Positions 46,541-56,000 of a stretch of 64,000 nt of DNA are shown here, piece by piece. The position numbers and the translations under genes were made by a program. The first letter of the stretch is position 1. Every line of letters starts with the position of its first letter. Location: contig CAYLNK010000002.1 in assembly GCA_964384675.1 (NCBI GenBank), positions 1,516 to 65,515 on the forward strand, written 5' to 3'. Under the pieces are notes generated by a model. The model did no database searches. It saw only the letters and a program-made list of their open reading frames with translations, and was not told where the DNA came from. The stretch is from an uncultured Holophagales bacterium (GTDB lineage: Bacteria; Acidobacteriota; Thermoanaerobaculia; UBA5066).

Positions 46541-48319
46541 TCACCACCCCGCGATCGACCGCTCGCCGCGCACGTCGGCGCCGCCGAAAAGGGTGCCGTT
46601 CTTCGGGTCCACGCCGACCGCCGTCACCGCGGTCCCCATCCGCCAGGGGCCGACGACCCGCAGGTCGTGGCCGCGGCGCTTCAGGTCTTCGAGCACGTCC
46701 CAGGAGAAGCGGTCCTCCACGGTCAGGACGCCCGGCTGGTCGAGGTGCTCGCGGAACGAGTTCCGCATGTGCTCGGAGTTGATCCGTGGCGCCTCGATCG
46801 CGGCCTGGATCGGCATGCCGAAGTCGAGGTGGGCGAGGAGGACGTTCAGCAGCTGCTGGTCCTGGCTGTCGCCGCCCGGCGTCGCGATCGCGAGGTACGG
46901 CGCGCCGTCCTTCAGGATCACGGTCGGCGTCAGGGTGATGCGGGGCCTCTTGCGGGGCGCCACGACGTTCGGGCTCTTCGGGTCGAGGGAGAACTGCTGC
47001 ATCCGCTGCGACAGCGGGACCCCGGTGTCTCCGGCGATGAACGCTCCGTCCAGGACCCAGGCGCCCGACGTCACCGCGGAGAAGAGGTTCCCCGAGGCGT
47101 CGACGGCGTTCACCGCCGTGGTGTCGCCGGCGACGCCGGTCGCGCCGGAAGGGCGCGGCTCCGCGGTCACGGGAGCCGGGGCACCCCCCGGCACGCCGGG
47201 CCGGTGCTCCCTGGACGCGCGCTTCGGGTCGATCAGCTTGCGTCGCTCGTCCGCGTACGCCAGGGAGAGAAGCGCCTCGGCGGGTACCTTCGCGAAGTCC
47301 GGGTCGCCGTAGAAGGCGTCGCGATCGTCGAAGGCCAGCTTCATCGCCTCGGTGAAGTGGTGCAGGTGATCGGCCGACTGGAACCCCATCGCCTTCAGAT
47401 CGAACCCGGACAGCAGGTTCAGGGTCTGGAGCAGCACCGGCCCCTGCGTGAAGAAGCCTGGCTTGTAGACGTCGTAGCCGCGGTACCGCGCCGAGACCGG
47501 CTTCTCGAGCCGCCCCCGGTACGTGGCGAGGTCGTCCTCGGAGAGGAGGCCGCCCGCGTCGCGGCATGCCTTCACCAGGCGCTTCGCGACACTTCCCGTG
47601 TAAAACGCGTTGCGCCCCGCCTCGATCGCCTTCTTCCGGTCCATCGAGCGGCGGAACTCGGCGTCGTCCGCCGCGGCGATCGCGCGAAGGGTGCGGGCCA
47701 GGTCGGGCTGCCGGAACACCTCGCCGATCGCCGGGACGCGCCCGTCGGGGTAGTAGACGGCCATCGTGCTCGGGTATCGCTCGCTGTTCTTGCGCTCCCG
47801 TTCGAGCGTGTCGTGGAGGATCGAGTACATCGGGAAGCCGTCCGCGAGCTCGATCGCCGGGGCGAGCACCTCCGAGAGGCGGCGGGTGCCGTAGCTCGAC
47901 AGGACGAGCGCCATCGCGTCCAGCACGGCGGGCACGGTCGCCGCTTTCGGGCCGTGGAAGTCGACGTACGGCTTCCCGGCCCAGACCTCGGGCCGCGCCG
48001 CGGCCGGGGCGACGCCCTGCCCGTTCACGACGACGACCTCCTTCCGCTTGGCGTCGTACAGGACGACCGGCGCCTCTCCCCCGAACCCGAACAGCTGGAT
48101 CTCGGTGACGCTCGCCGCGAAGACCGCGGCGACGCCCGCGTCGAAGGCGTTCCCGCCGTCCCGGAACGTCCTCATCGCCGCCTCGGTCGCGAAGTGGCGT
48201 CCCGCCGCCACCGCGTACCTCCGGGCGTTCATCTCGGGGCGCATCCGCTGATCGGAGCGGGCCGGGGACGCGAGCAGGGCGAGGGTGGCCAGGGCGGCCA
48301 GGGTGGCTCGGTTGCGCAT
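46541..48319 (-). CDS. ggt: Gamma-glutamyltranspeptidase
   Basis: Signal peptide. GGT family with the autoprocessing Thr in a …GDTTAVNAVD… context and a C-terminal small-subunit fold (GG…ADVRGERS). Confidence 0.85.
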   Translation of the reverse strand: MRNRATLAALATLALLASPARSDQRMRPEMNARRYAVAAGRHFATEAAMRTFRDGGNAFDAGVAAVFAASVTEIQLFGFGGEAPVVLYDAKRKEVVVVNGQGVAPAAARPEVWAGKPYVDFHGPKAATVPAVLDAMALVLSSYGTRRLSEVLAPAIELADGFPMYSILHDTLERERKNSERYPSTMAVYYPDGRVPAIGEVFRQPDLARTLRAIAAADDAEFRRSMDRKKAIEAGRNAFYTGSVAKRLVKACRDAGGLLSEDDLATYRGRLEKPVSARYRGYDVYKPGFFTQGPVLLQTLNLLSGFDLKAMGFQSADHLHHFTEAMKLAFDDRDAFYGDPDFAKVPAEALLSLAYADERRKLIDPKRASREHRPGVPGGAPAPVTAEPRPSGATGVAGDTTAVNAVDASGNLFSAVTSGAWVLDGAFIAGDTGVPLSQRMQQFSLDPKSPNVVAPRKRPRITLTPTVILKDGAPYLAIATPGGDSQDQQLLNVLLAHLDFGMPIQAAIEAPRINSEHMRNSFREHLDQPGVLTVEDRFSWDVLEDLKRRGHDLRVVGPWRMGTAVTAVGVDPKNGTLFGGADVRGERSIAGW

Positions 48320-48459
48320 TCTCGGGGCCTCCGCTCGGCATTCGAGCAGTCGCTTCCCGGCGCGTCAAGGCATCGGCTGGTACCGGGCGGTTCCATGTGG
48401 CAGGATCGGTGTCGGGGTGCCTCCGGCATCCCCCAATACTGAGGAGGTATCAAGTTCAG

Positions 48460-49269
48460 ATGAGCGTTCGAAAAGGCGGCTTCCGTTCCCGCTCGCTTCT
48501 CGCGTTCGGTGCGGTCCTGTTCCTCTTTCAGCTCGGTTGCGCCTGCACGAAGCCGGGGTGCGGCGGCTTCGCGATCACATCGCCCAAGGCGGGCCAGGTA
48601 CTTCCGGCCGGTGATGTCGACGTGATCCTCGACCCCCTGCGTTCCGACTTCTGCAACCTCCCTCCGTCCGCCTACCAGGTGACCCTGGACGACGGTACTC
48701 CGGTCAGCGTCCCGGTCGCGGAGGTCCTGAAGGCCCGCTTCGCGAACGTGAAGCCGGGTGAGCACACCGCGCGCGCCGTCGCGCTCGACTCCAAGGGGCG
48801 GCCGCTCCAGTCGACCGCCGTCAAGTTCAGGGTCGAGGCGCCGGCGCCCGTCGCGCCTCCGCCGACCCCGACGCCCACCCCGACGCCGAAGCCCACCGAC
48901 GAGACCCTGACGGTGACGAAGATCAACGATGGGGGCTACCTCAAGGACCTGTTCTTCGATTTCGACAAGTACGACGTCCGGGAGGACCAGCGCGCCAACC
49001 AGGAGGCGAACGGGGCGTTCCTCGGCAAGAACTCCATGGTGAAGCTCACCGTCGAGGGCCACTGCGACGAGCGCGGGACGCGCCAGTACAACCTGGCCCT
49101 GGGCGAGAAGCGGGCGAACGCGGCCAAGGAGTACCTGGAGCGGCTCGGCATCGACGGTCGGCGGATGACGACGATCAGCTACGGCAAGGACAAGCCGTTC
49201 GCGGACGGACACGACGAGACCGCCTGGCAGAAGAACCGCCGGGCTCACTACGTCGCCACGTCCAACTGA
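48460..49269 (+). CDS. pal: Peptidoglycan-associated lipoprotein (OmpA-family, Pal-like)
   Basis: SD GAGGAGG. Lipobox LFQLGCAC. Pro/Thr-rich linker. C-terminal OmpA domain (…FDFDKYDVRED…LTVEGHCDERGT…YNLALGEKRANA…). Confidence 0.8.
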   Translation: MSVRKGGFRSRSLLAFGAVLFLFQLGCACTKPGCGGFAITSPKAGQVLPAGDVDVILDPLRSDFCNLPPSAYQVTLDDGTPVSVPVAEVLKARFANVKPGEHTARAVALDSKGRPLQSTAVKFRVEAPAPVAPPPTPTPTPTPKPTDETLTVTKINDGGYLKDLFFDFDKYDVREDQRANQEANGAFLGKNSMVKLTVEGHCDERGTRQYNLALGEKRANAAKEYLERLGIDGRRMTTISYGKDKPFADGHDETAWQKNRRAHYVATSN

Positions 49270-49291
49270 CCTGACCCCGTTCCGGGTCGAA

Positions 49292-49327
49292 AAGGCGGGT
49301 CGAGACCCGCCTTTTCGTTTTTCTTTG
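49292..49327 (+). terminator. Rho-independent terminator
   Basis: AAAGGCGGGTC-gag-ACCCGCCTTT followed by TCGTTTTTCTTTGGG, downstream of pal. Confidence 0.7.
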
Positions 49328-49369
49328 GGTTCCTGAAACCTGGAGGGCGGCAGGGCATCGAAAGCGCGC

Positions 49370-49951
49370 ATGGCACGCCTCGTCCTCCTGCCCGACCCTG
49401 CCGCGGTTTCCCTGAAGGGGGCCTTCCGCGTGGGCCGTCGCGTCGCCCAGCTGGCTCGCTCGAGCCAGCCCGTGCGGCTCCTGGTCGCAGGCGGACGGGC
49501 GCTGGGCCCGCTCCTCGATCTCTTGGCGGCCGAGGGTCAGGGGTTCCGCGACGCGCTGCCCTGGGGCGGGCTGGAGATCGCCTGCCACGGCGAGGAGGCC
49601 CTCCGCCAGGTCGAGGAGCGGATCGTTGCGACCGGAATCCGTCCGGGGCTCGGCGTGACCGCGCCATCGGCCGGGGACGACACGTTCCAGCTGGCGCTCC
49701 TGGCGCTCGACGCCACCGGCCGGATACCTGCCCCCGACGACCTCGTGACGCGCGCCGACGAGGTCTGGGTGCTCGCCTCCGGCGAGGAGGACTCGGAGCC
49801 GACGGCGCGGCTCTTCGCCGAGATGGAGGGCTGGACGTGCGGCTTCGAGCCGACTCTCCTGGCCGATACCGCCGCGGCGAGCCGGATCGACCCCGCGTCG
49901 ATCAGCCGGGAGAGCTGCCGGTCCGACGTCTGCCTGCGGGTGGTGGTGTGA
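49370..49951 (+). CDS. Hypothetical protein (193 aa), possibly a sugar-phosphate isomerase/lactonase-like fold
   Basis: Codon usage is consistent with coding. Weak resemblance to the NagB/Pgl fold (LLVAGGRALGPLL…). It precedes the ECF sigma gene. Confidence 0.4.
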   Translation: MARLVLLPDPAAVSLKGAFRVGRRVAQLARSSQPVRLLVAGGRALGPLLDLLAAEGQGFRDALPWGGLEIACHGEEALRQVEERIVATGIRPGLGVTAPSAGDDTFQLALLALDATGRIPAPDDLVTRADEVWVLASGEEDSEPTARLFAEMEGWTCGFEPTLLADTAAASRIDPASISRESCRSDVCLRVVV

Positions 49952-49997
49952 GCCGCGGAGACTCTTTCGTGGTGCGGCGCACCGGACGTGAGAGAGC

Positions 49998-50618
49998 ATG
50001 AGCGCGATGACCGTGCCGGCCACCGAGGAGCTGCTGGTCCTGGGGCTCAGGGCTGGCGACGAGGAAGCGTTCGTCCAGGTGGTACGCCGCTACGGCGGTC
50101 CGCTCCTGGCCACGGCGCGCCGCTATCTGCGCAACGAGGAGGACGCCCGTGACGTCCTCCAGGAATCGCTGCTGCGGGCCCACCAGGCGATCGGCCGGTT
50201 CCAGGGAGGCTCGACGCTCTCCACGTGGCTCCACCGGATCGTGATCAACTCGTGCCTGATGCGGCTCCGCCGCACGCGACGCCATCCCGAGGACTCGATC
50301 GAGGAGCTGCTGCCGGGCTTCCTCGAGGAGGGGCATTCCGCGGGAGGGCCGTTCGTCTCCTGGAGCGACGATGCGGCGGCGGCTCTCGAACGGAAGGAGC
50401 TGTGCGCTCGGGTCCGGGGTGCGATCGATCGCCTGCCCGACACGTACCGCACCGTCCTCCTCCTGCGTGACATGGAGGAGCTCGACACCGCGGAGGTCGC
50501 CTCGCTCCTCGGCGTCACCGAGAACGCCGTCAAGATCCGCCTTCACCGGGCCCGGCAGGCGCTGCGCACGCTGCTCGACCAGGACCTCTTCAGGAGCCCT
50601 TCATGTCCCGCCTCATGA
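49998..50618 (+). CDS. RNA polymerase sigma-70 factor, ECF subfamily
   Basis: Region 2 (LLRAHQAIGRFQGGSTLSTWLHRIVIN) and region 4 HTH (ELDTAEVASLLGVTENAVKIRLHRARQAL). Confidence 0.9.
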   Translation: MSAMTVPATEELLVLGLRAGDEEAFVQVVRRYGGPLLATARRYLRNEEDARDVLQESLLRAHQAIGRFQGGSTLSTWLHRIVINSCLMRLRRTRRHPEDSIEELLPGFLEEGHSAGGPFVSWSDDAAAALERKELCARVRGAIDRLPDTYRTVLLLRDMEELDTAEVASLLGVTENAVKIRLHRARQALRTLLDQDLFRSPSCPAS

Positions 50619-50866
50619 CCTGCCGCGAGCTCATCGAGTTCCTCTGGCGCTACCTCGACGGCGAGGTGAACGACGCCGAGCGCCTGGAGTTCGAGCTGCA
50701 CCTCGCCCAGTGCACGTCGTGCGCGGCGTACATGGAGTCGTACCGGACGACGAAGCGGCTGGAGCGGCTCGGCTTCGAAGACCTCGACGCACCGGTGCCG
50801 GAGGAGGTCCCGGACGAGCTGGTGCAGGCCGTCCTGACCGCCAAGAGGCGGGGGCTCGCGACCTGA
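50603..50866 (+). CDS. Anti-sigma factor, zinc-finger (zf-HC2/ChrR-N-like)
   Basis: 87 aa with the H-x3-C-x2-C motif (HLAQCTSCAAY). Overlaps the 3' end of the sigma gene by 16 nt. Confidence 0.75.
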   Translation: MSRLMTCRELIEFLWRYLDGEVNDAERLEFELHLAQCTSCAAYMESYRTTKRLERLGFEDLDAPVPEEVPDELVQAVLTAKRRGLAT

Positions 50867-50872
50867 TCCGGC

Positions 50873-51184
50873 CTACGTCCGGGCGCGCTCCACGCGCCAG
50901 GTGGCGAGGAACCCGTCCTGCGGCCCGAGCCAGGTGACGACGGTGGCCCGATCGCCCGGCTCGAGCGTGAACCCGTCCGCGGTGACGCCGGACGGCAGCG
51001 CGTACCCGCTCGTCGACTCGCCGCCCCGCGCCACGAACGTCGCTCCTTCCGCGGGGCAGAGGTAGAGCATCGTCCAGCCAGGCGGACGGTACGTGATGTG
51101 ACCGGGATAAGCGTCCTCGACGTGCGGCGTCACCAGGTTGCGGCAGGCGCGAAAGGTCTCGACACGGGTCACGGCCTGGCTCAT
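50873..51184 (-). CDS. Small hypothetical protein (103 aa), cupin-like
   Basis: ATG at 51184 preceded by the SD GGAGAGGAG. Overlaps the ftsH stop (ATGA). The rest of ORF-track entry 50873..52258 is antisense readthrough of ftsH. Confidence 0.5.
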   Translation of the reverse strand: MSQAVTRVETFRACRNLVTPHVEDAYPGHITYRPPGWTMLYLCPAEGATFVARGGESTSGYALPSGVTADGFTLEPGDRATVVTWLGPQDGFLATWRVERART

Positions 51185-53007
51185 CTCCTCTCCACGCGCT
51201 GCGCCCGTCCGAGGAGCTCCGCCAGCTCCGGATCGGCCAGCGTCTCCTTCTCGAGGAGGGTCGCGGCTCCGCTCTCCAGGAGCGCCCGGTTCAGGTCCAG
51301 GATCGTCCGGGCCTGCTGGAAGGCCCGCTCCACGATCTCCCGCACGGCCACGTCGATCTCCCGGGCCGTCTCCTCGCTGTAGAGGCGCCGCTCGAAGGCC
51401 GGACCGCCCGGCCCGAGGAACGTGCCCGGCTCCGACTCGTAGCTCACCGGTCCGAGGTCGGGGACCATCGCGTACCGCGTCGCCATCGCGCGGGCGATCT
51501 GGGTGGTCTTCGAGAGGTCGTCGGAGGCGCCGGTCGAGAAGTGCCCGTAGATCAGGTGCTCCGCGGCGCGGCCGCCGAGGAGGACCGCCATCTTCCCCTC
51601 CAGCTCCTCGCGCGTCATCAGGAACCGGTCCTCGATGGGGCGCTGGAGCGTGTAGCCGAGCGCCCCGATGCCGCGCGGGATGATCGAGATCTTCTGGACC
51701 GGATCGCTTCCGTGCGTCGCCGCCGCCACCAGGGCATGGCCCATCTCGTGGTGCGCGACCACCTGCCGCTCCTTCGGGTTCAGGATCCGGTTCTTCTTCT
51801 CGAGCCCCGCGACGATCCGCTCGATGGCGACCGTGAAGTCGTTCGTGGAGATCGACGTGGCGTTCCGCCGCGTGGCGACGAGGGCCGCCTCGTTGACGAG
51901 GTTCGCGAGGTCGGCGCCGGTGAACCCGGGCGTCAGCGCCGCCACCTGGTCGAGCGCGACGTCGGGCGCCAGCGTCACGTTCTTCACGTGGACCTTCAGG
52001 ATCTCGACGCGCCCGATCTTGTCCGGGCGGTCCACGAGCACCTGCCGGTCGAAGCGCCCCGCCCGCAGCAGGGCGGGGTCGAGGATCTCGGGCCGGTTCG
52101 TCGCGCCGAGGAGGACGATGCCGCTGGTCGGGTCGAAGCCGTCCAGCTCGACGAGGAGCTGGTTCAACGTCTGCTCCTTCTCGTCGTGCCCGCCGAGGCT
52201 GGACCCGGAGCTCCGTGCCCGCCCCATCGCGTCGAGCTCGTCGATGAAGATGATGCACGGCGCCTTCAGGCGTGCCTGCTCGAAGAGGTCGCGCACCCGG
52301 GCCGCCCCGACGCCGACGAACATCTCCACGAACTCCGAGCCGCTGATCGAGAAGAACGCCACGCCGGCCTCGCCGGCGACGGCCCGCGCCAGGAGCGTCT
52401 TGCCGGTGCCCGGGGGCCCGACGAGGAGGACTCCCTTCGGCATCCGCGCGCCGAGGCGCCCGTACGACTTCGGGTCCTTCAGGAAGGAGACGATCTCCTC
52501 CAGCTCGTGCCGCGCCTCGTCGACGCCGGCGACGTCGGTGAAGCGCACCTTCACCTCGGTCTCGACGTACACCTTCGCCTTGCTCTTGCCGATCGAGAGG
52601 AGGCTCCCGCCGGGACCGCCGGCCCCGCCCATCTTCCTCGAGAGATAGACCCAGACGCCGAAGAAGATCAGGACGGGGAGGATCCAGGAAAGGAGCGTCG
52701 CGAAGAACTTGCTCTCGACGCGGCCCGAGAACGTGACGCCTGACGTGCCGAGCTCCTTGGCCAGGTCGACGTCGACGCGCGTCGCGATCACGGTCGTCTT
52801 GCCGTCGTGGGGCTCCTTGAGCGTCCCTTCCACCTGGTCCAGGGTGACGACGACCGACTTCACCTTCCCGTCCTTCACGAGCTTCTGGAACTCGCTGTAC
52901 GGGATCGGCTCGATGGTGGCGTAGCGCACCCAGACGTCGTGGATCAGGAGGATCCCGAGGAGCGCGATCGGGAGGTAGCCGAGGTTGAACTTGGTCTTCG
53001 GGTGCAT
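51181..53007 (-). CDS. ftsH: ATP-dependent zinc metalloprotease FtsH
   Basis: Two N-terminal TM segments. AAA+ Walker A GPPGTGKT and SRH. Protease HEMGH zinc motif. Confidence 0.95.
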   Translation of the reverse strand: MHPKTKFNLGYLPIALLGILLIHDVWVRYATIEPIPYSEFQKLVKDGKVKSVVVTLDQVEGTLKEPHDGKTTVIATRVDVDLAKELGTSGVTFSGRVESKFFATLLSWILPVLIFFGVWVYLSRKMGGAGGPGGSLLSIGKSKAKVYVETEVKVRFTDVAGVDEARHELEEIVSFLKDPKSYGRLGARMPKGVLLVGPPGTGKTLLARAVAGEAGVAFFSISGSEFVEMFVGVGAARVRDLFEQARLKAPCIIFIDELDAMGRARSSGSSLGGHDEKEQTLNQLLVELDGFDPTSGIVLLGATNRPEILDPALLRAGRFDRQVLVDRPDKIGRVEILKVHVKNVTLAPDVALDQVAALTPGFTGADLANLVNEAALVATRRNATSISTNDFTVAIERIVAGLEKKNRILNPKERQVVAHHEMGHALVAAATHGSDPVQKISIIPRGIGALGYTLQRPIEDRFLMTREELEGKMAVLLGGRAAEHLIYGHFSTGASDDLSKTTQIARAMATRYAMVPDLGPVSYESEPGTFLGPGGPAFERRLYSEETAREIDVAVREIVERAFQQARTILDLNRALLESGAATLLEKETLADPELAELLGRAQRVERR

Positions 53008-53062
53008 CTCCCCCGAACTCTACTCCCCGGGGGACCCGGCCGGATCCCCCGGGGGGAACGCC

Positions 53063-56000
53063 TCAGAATCCGAGGCTCGCCTGCTGCGGCGGCCCCGGCG
53101 GGGCGAGCACCAGGACGCGGGGGCTGGCCGTGCTGTTGTCGATCACCGTGAGCGCCCCGACCACGAAGCCGGGCTCGTCGCCGATGGGCTCCAGCGACAT
53201 CGCCACGCGGTCGATCGAGGCCGATCCGATCCCGAATCCGCCCTCGCCGTTCCAGATGTCGTTGATCTGCACCCGCTGCCACGGGTCGAGGAGCCGCTCG
53301 ATCTCGGCGAGGACGCCTCCGGTGGTCCCGTTCACGACGCGGAGCCGCACGCGGGCCTTCTGGCCGCTCACCTCGGCGAGGATCAGGTTCGTCCGGATCC
53401 CGGCGTACTTCTGGAGGCCCGGGTACGTCGTCACCGGGGTGCGGGCCTTGCCTACGGCCTCGGGCGAGAACGCGGTGTAGCTCTGGAACTCGGCCCCCTT
53501 CGTGCCGCGGGAGGGGTTGCCGACCTCGACCGGGGTCGTGACCGAGGCGCGGGCGACGACGCGCCCGATGCCCTCGCCCTCGATCCGGAGCGGGCCCGCG
53601 GTGTTCACGTCGTCCGGCAGGCCGAACAGGTTCTTCACGACGTCCTGGCCCTTGGCGGCCGGCAGGGAGCCGCGCGGGGGAAGCGTCAGCGAGACGCGAG
53701 CGGTGCCGGAGACGTCGCCCACGTAGTCGTAGATGAAGGTCAGCGCGGCCGGCGATGCCGAGCCGTTCGTGACCGAGAGCTCGGTCGTGAAGAACGTGCC
53801 CGAGCCGCCGCGGCTGTGGACGATCGACGGGATGACCCGCGGCGAAGGGGGCGTGGCGAGCGGAGCCGCCGGGACCCGGGTCGCGGTCGTCTCGGCGGGT
53901 CTGAAGCGTCCCGAGAGCGCCTGGAAGCTGGCCGAGAAGTTGTCGATCAGCGTTCCGATCGCGGTGACGCGCCCGCCCCCCGAGATCGGCTCCACGAGGA
54001 GGGAGGCGGCCTCCACCGCGCCGGAAACCCCCAGCCGTTCCAGGAGCGGGAACTGGGTGTTGCCCGACGCGGGAACGTCGACCTCGGCCGAGCCCAGGTC
54101 CGCCCCGTCGCTCCCGACGAGGCGCAGCCGGACGCGCGCCGCGGTGCCGAGCGTCTCGGCCAGGATGATGTTGAGGCGGAACCGGTCGGACACCTTGATG
54201 CCGGTCAGGAGGAGGGGCGAGAGGCCGGCGCCGGTGCCGCTGCCGGAGCCGTAGACCGGGATCTCCGTGCCGTAGCGCGACGAGACGTCGCCGGTCCCCG
54301 GCAGGCCCGACGCCGTGGTGCGCAGCGAGAGCTGCGCGAAGCTCTTCGAGCGGATCTCGACGTGGGCGGCGAGGTCGGTGGTGCCGAAGAGACCCTGGAT
54401 GAAGTCGTAGAGCCGTACCGTGGCGAAACCGGGAATCGCCTGGGTCACCTTCGTGGCGGAGACCTGCCCGTCCTGCCCCGACGGAGACGCGTAGACGTCG
54501 AACGACACCGGGTCGGGCGAGAGGTTGCGGAGCCAGCCGTCGGACGTGAACACGGTGCCGCCGGCGCCTTCCTTGTGGACGCTCGTCGGCACGATGAAGG
54601 ACGCCTCACCGGGGGCGAGGAAGCCGCGGCCGTTGCCGACGACGACGTCGTTCTCCAGGGAGTAGAAGACCTTCACCTGCGCGAGGTCGCCGCCGTCGCC
54701 GCCGGCCGGCGTGAGCGAGAGGACCGTCCAGATCGGGAGAGGGTAGTCGGCCGGCGTGATCCGGGACGGGTCGGCCGAGAGCCTGATGTCGCGCGACGCC
54801 CCGGGCGCCAGCTCGGCCGCGAAGTCGGCGGGGTCGAGGCGGAGCCACGCGCCGCCCGGGCCTATGGACGGGACGAGGAAGATCGGCGAGGAGCCCGGGT
54901 TCGTCACACGCACGGTCTGGATCGGCGCGGCGAGCGGGACGCGGCCCGCCGTCCGGGCGTCGACGATGAGGAGCTCGTCCTGGTCGAGGCGCGGGCGGAT
55001 GCCGGTCGAGCGCGTTCCGGTGACGGTGAGGAACACCTCGGCCGATGCCGAGCCTTGCGGGTAGTCGGCGACCAGGCTGCCGCGCTTCGTGCCGGCGCTG
55101 CCGACAGCGGCGGGAAGCGTGTTCAGCGTGACGGTGACCTCCTGCCCGGCGGCCAGGTTGGCGCTCGAGGGGGAGAACGTGAAGATCGAGTCGGGGGTGC
55201 GGAACGTCACCGAGGCGGAGCTGCCGCCGACGTTCCGGAACCTCACGGTCGCGGCGGGCGGAAGCTCGCCCACCCTCACGGTCCACGCGGGCTCGGCCTC
55301 CTGGGAGACGACGAGGGACGGCGGATTCGGGGCGACGTTGATCGGCACGACGCGCGAGAAGCCGCTCTCCTGTCCGCAGCCGGCGATCGCCGAGACCCGG
55401 AAGAAGAGCGTCCCGTTGGTGGTGGCCGCGGTCGGGTAGGAGAGCGCGAGGTTCCGCGTCCGGATCTCGGTGAGGATCGACCCGGCGCCGAAGTCCGCCG
55501 AGGACGCCAGCTGGGTCCGGTACGTCCCGTCGGCGTCGGTCGGTCCGTAGACGTCGGTCCAGGAGACCGTGAACGAGTCGCCGGCGCGCACGAGGCCCTC
55601 GGGCGCGGAGACGACGTCCGGGGGCGAGGGCGGGCAGGCGGCCACGTTGGGCAGTACGACCGTGTCGAGGACGCTCTGGTCGTTGGTGGGGTTCGGGTCG
55701 GGCTCGGTCGCCTTCACCGAGACGCGGTTGACGAGCGTCGTCGGCTCGGGCGGCGCGGAGACGAACAGCGTCACGGTCCTCGACGTGCCGGCCGGGATCG
55801 TCCCGAGGCCGCAGGTGATCGGGGCCGTTCCGGTGCAGGTGCCGAGGCTCGGCGTCACCGAGATCGGCGAAACCCCGGCGGGCAGGGTCTCGGTGAGGGT
55901 GACGTTCGTCGCCGGCGCCGGGCCGTTGTTCTGGATGAAGAGCGTGTAGGTGAGGAGACGCGTGGCACGGGCCGGACTGGGCGACGCGCTCTGGAACACA

